A DNA stretch of 17,845 bases from Candidatus Melainabacteria bacterium (GTDB taxonomy: Bacteria; Cyanobacteriota; Vampirovibrionia; Caenarcaniphilales; Caenarcanaceae), in assembly GCA_005110395.1 (NCBI GenBank), contig DUDU01000099.1:1-17845 (forward strand). The letters are read 5' to 3'. The notes under the pieces were generated by a model. The model was not told the origin of the DNA. It did no database searches and saw nothing but the letters and a program-made list of their open reading frames with translations. The translations under genes and the position numbers were made by a program. Position 1 is the stretch's first letter. Each line of letters starts with the position of its first letter. Of this stretch, positions 16,806-17,845 are shown piece by piece.

Positions 16806-17141
16806 AATCAGCAGGACATTTATCGCTGAAACGTATAGTGAGGAATTGGTAGTCGCTTTGAACTTCTTCTTGCTAATTGAAATTATCTTGTTTCTCTCAT
16901 GATACGAGCCACCCTTTTTCTAGAAACCATTTCTCCTTCGTTTTCAAGAGCACTGTGTAACCTTGGAGAATCGTAACGATTGTTCGATTTGAGTATTTCA
17001 TCTTTCTTTTTCCTCTCTGTACCTGGGTTTTGTTGCTATTGATAATATTTGTTTCTACTCAATTAAAACAAATTACACATTGTTGAAACTTTGAATTGAT
17101 GAGCATTTTCAGAAATGAATTTGTACTTTACCTAGGTCTAA

Positions 17142-17480
17142 TGTTCAAAAAGAGACCTGAGATTAGGAAATGAAAACCTAAGAACAGCCTTGTATTTTCC
17201 TGCGATTGTTGCAAAAAGATTCAATCCACTAATCAGAGATTTTTGTGAGAGATTGACTGAGAAGGGTAAGTCTGGGAAGCAAGTTATTTGTGCAGCCATC
17301 AGAAAGTTACTTCATATAATCTTTGGGGTTCTCAAATCAGGAAAACCTTTTGACCCAAATTATCAAAATCTTGAGTTAAAGAAAAAAATAGCGCTTTTTC
17401 TATTCAGAAAAAAGTTTAATAATCATCTGAATCTTTCTTCTGGTTTTGAAAACCATGCCTTGCAACAACGGCATTGGTAG
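17142..17480 (+). mobile_element. C-terminal ~100-aa remnant of an IS110-family transposase
   Basis: 'LRTALYFPAIVAKRFNPLIRDFCERLTEKGKSGKQVICAAIRKLLHIIFGVLKSGKPFD' matches the conserved IS110 C-terminus (LRRALYMAALVA.RHNP.LKAFYQRL.AKGK..KVALVAVARKLL.I..AVLK.G.PFD). An in-frame stop at 17139-17141 removes everything N-terminal. Confidence 0.6.
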
Positions 17481-17632
17481 CGTTGTTTGTGATTCTGAAT
17501 CCCCTTTTGAAAATCTTTGTTAATTTGCATTTTTGGCATTGTTTTCTTGCCATTTTCTATGTACCTCTTTACTTGGTACATCAATTCTCTCTCAAATTAA
17601 TCTTCCAATCACTAATTTCCAATATTACTAAG

Positions 17633-17676
17633 TGTAGAGTTTCACAACGTTGTGGATAAAAAGAAAGTTTCTCCAG
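17633..17676 (+). repeat. Copy B of the 44-bp palindrome-cored repeat
   Basis: Same sequence in the same orientation as 3718-3761. Lies about 150 bp downstream of the IS110 transposase remnant. Confidence 0.8.
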
Positions 17677-17845
17677 AAGTTATTGGAGAGTAAAGACTAG
17701 GTGTTTGAGTGGAATAAATTAGATGTTAACCCTAACCCAATCCACTCATATGCAAAATTATCACAACAATGCAAAAACTAATATTCATATTCGCTCTGAC
17801 ATTCAATCTTCTCAATTTTCCAAAACTCAATTAGCCTCTAAATAT

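Noticed and set aside
17474-17659. 61-aa ORF after the IS110 remnant
   Set aside because: Begins at an alternative start and has a hydrophobic low-complexity translation. More plausibly non-coding IS tail.
3718-17676. The 44-bp repeat pair as attL/attR of a 13.9-kb integrated element, or as a CRISPR array
   Set aside because: The interval between the copies contains core housekeeping genes (ispF, birA, rplS, mrp) with host-like composition, and no integrase gene is present. Only two copies exist, 13.9 kb apart, with no regular spacing, so it is not a CRISPR array.

Overview
Low-GC segment with codon usage strongly favouring A/T in third positions. The housekeeping genes look cyanobacterial-type: an Mrp/ApbC with an N-terminal DUF59 domain, a single-PDZ HtrA/Deg protease, and a BirA without an HTH. 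The segment has three parts. (i) Left accessory part (~480-4000): a truncated DUF4238 gene, a higher-GC PH-domain membrane-protein gene, N-terminal remnants of an IS30-family and an IS4-family (DUF4372) transposase, an apparently intact Pif1-family helicase, a 19-bp IS30-like inverted-repeat pair bracketing ~2.6 kb, and a GC-rich multi-hairpin element. (ii) Core block (~4100-12700): SNase-like lipoprotein nuclease, ispF, MauE/DoxX-like membrane protein, HtrA/Deg protease, an unusual MerR-HTH protein with a long acidic disordered tail, birA, rplS, a CPBP intramembrane protease and mrp/apbC. (iii) Right island (~13000-16900), visibly higher GC than the rest: DUF3592 membrane protein, a decayed class-D beta-lactamase/BlaR1-like fragment, a 691-aa flotillin (SPFH) protein with no NfeD partner, and a 5'-disrupted MarR gene. 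It is followed by an IS110-family transposase C-terminal remnant. A 44-bp repeat with a perfect 12-bp palindromic core occurs twice, at 3718 and 17633. At least six gene remnants lie in 17.8 kb, so the locus is decaying or under relaxed selection. All family assignments come from motif recognition by eye. No database search, alignment or GC computation was run, so the calls are hypotheses of varying strength.
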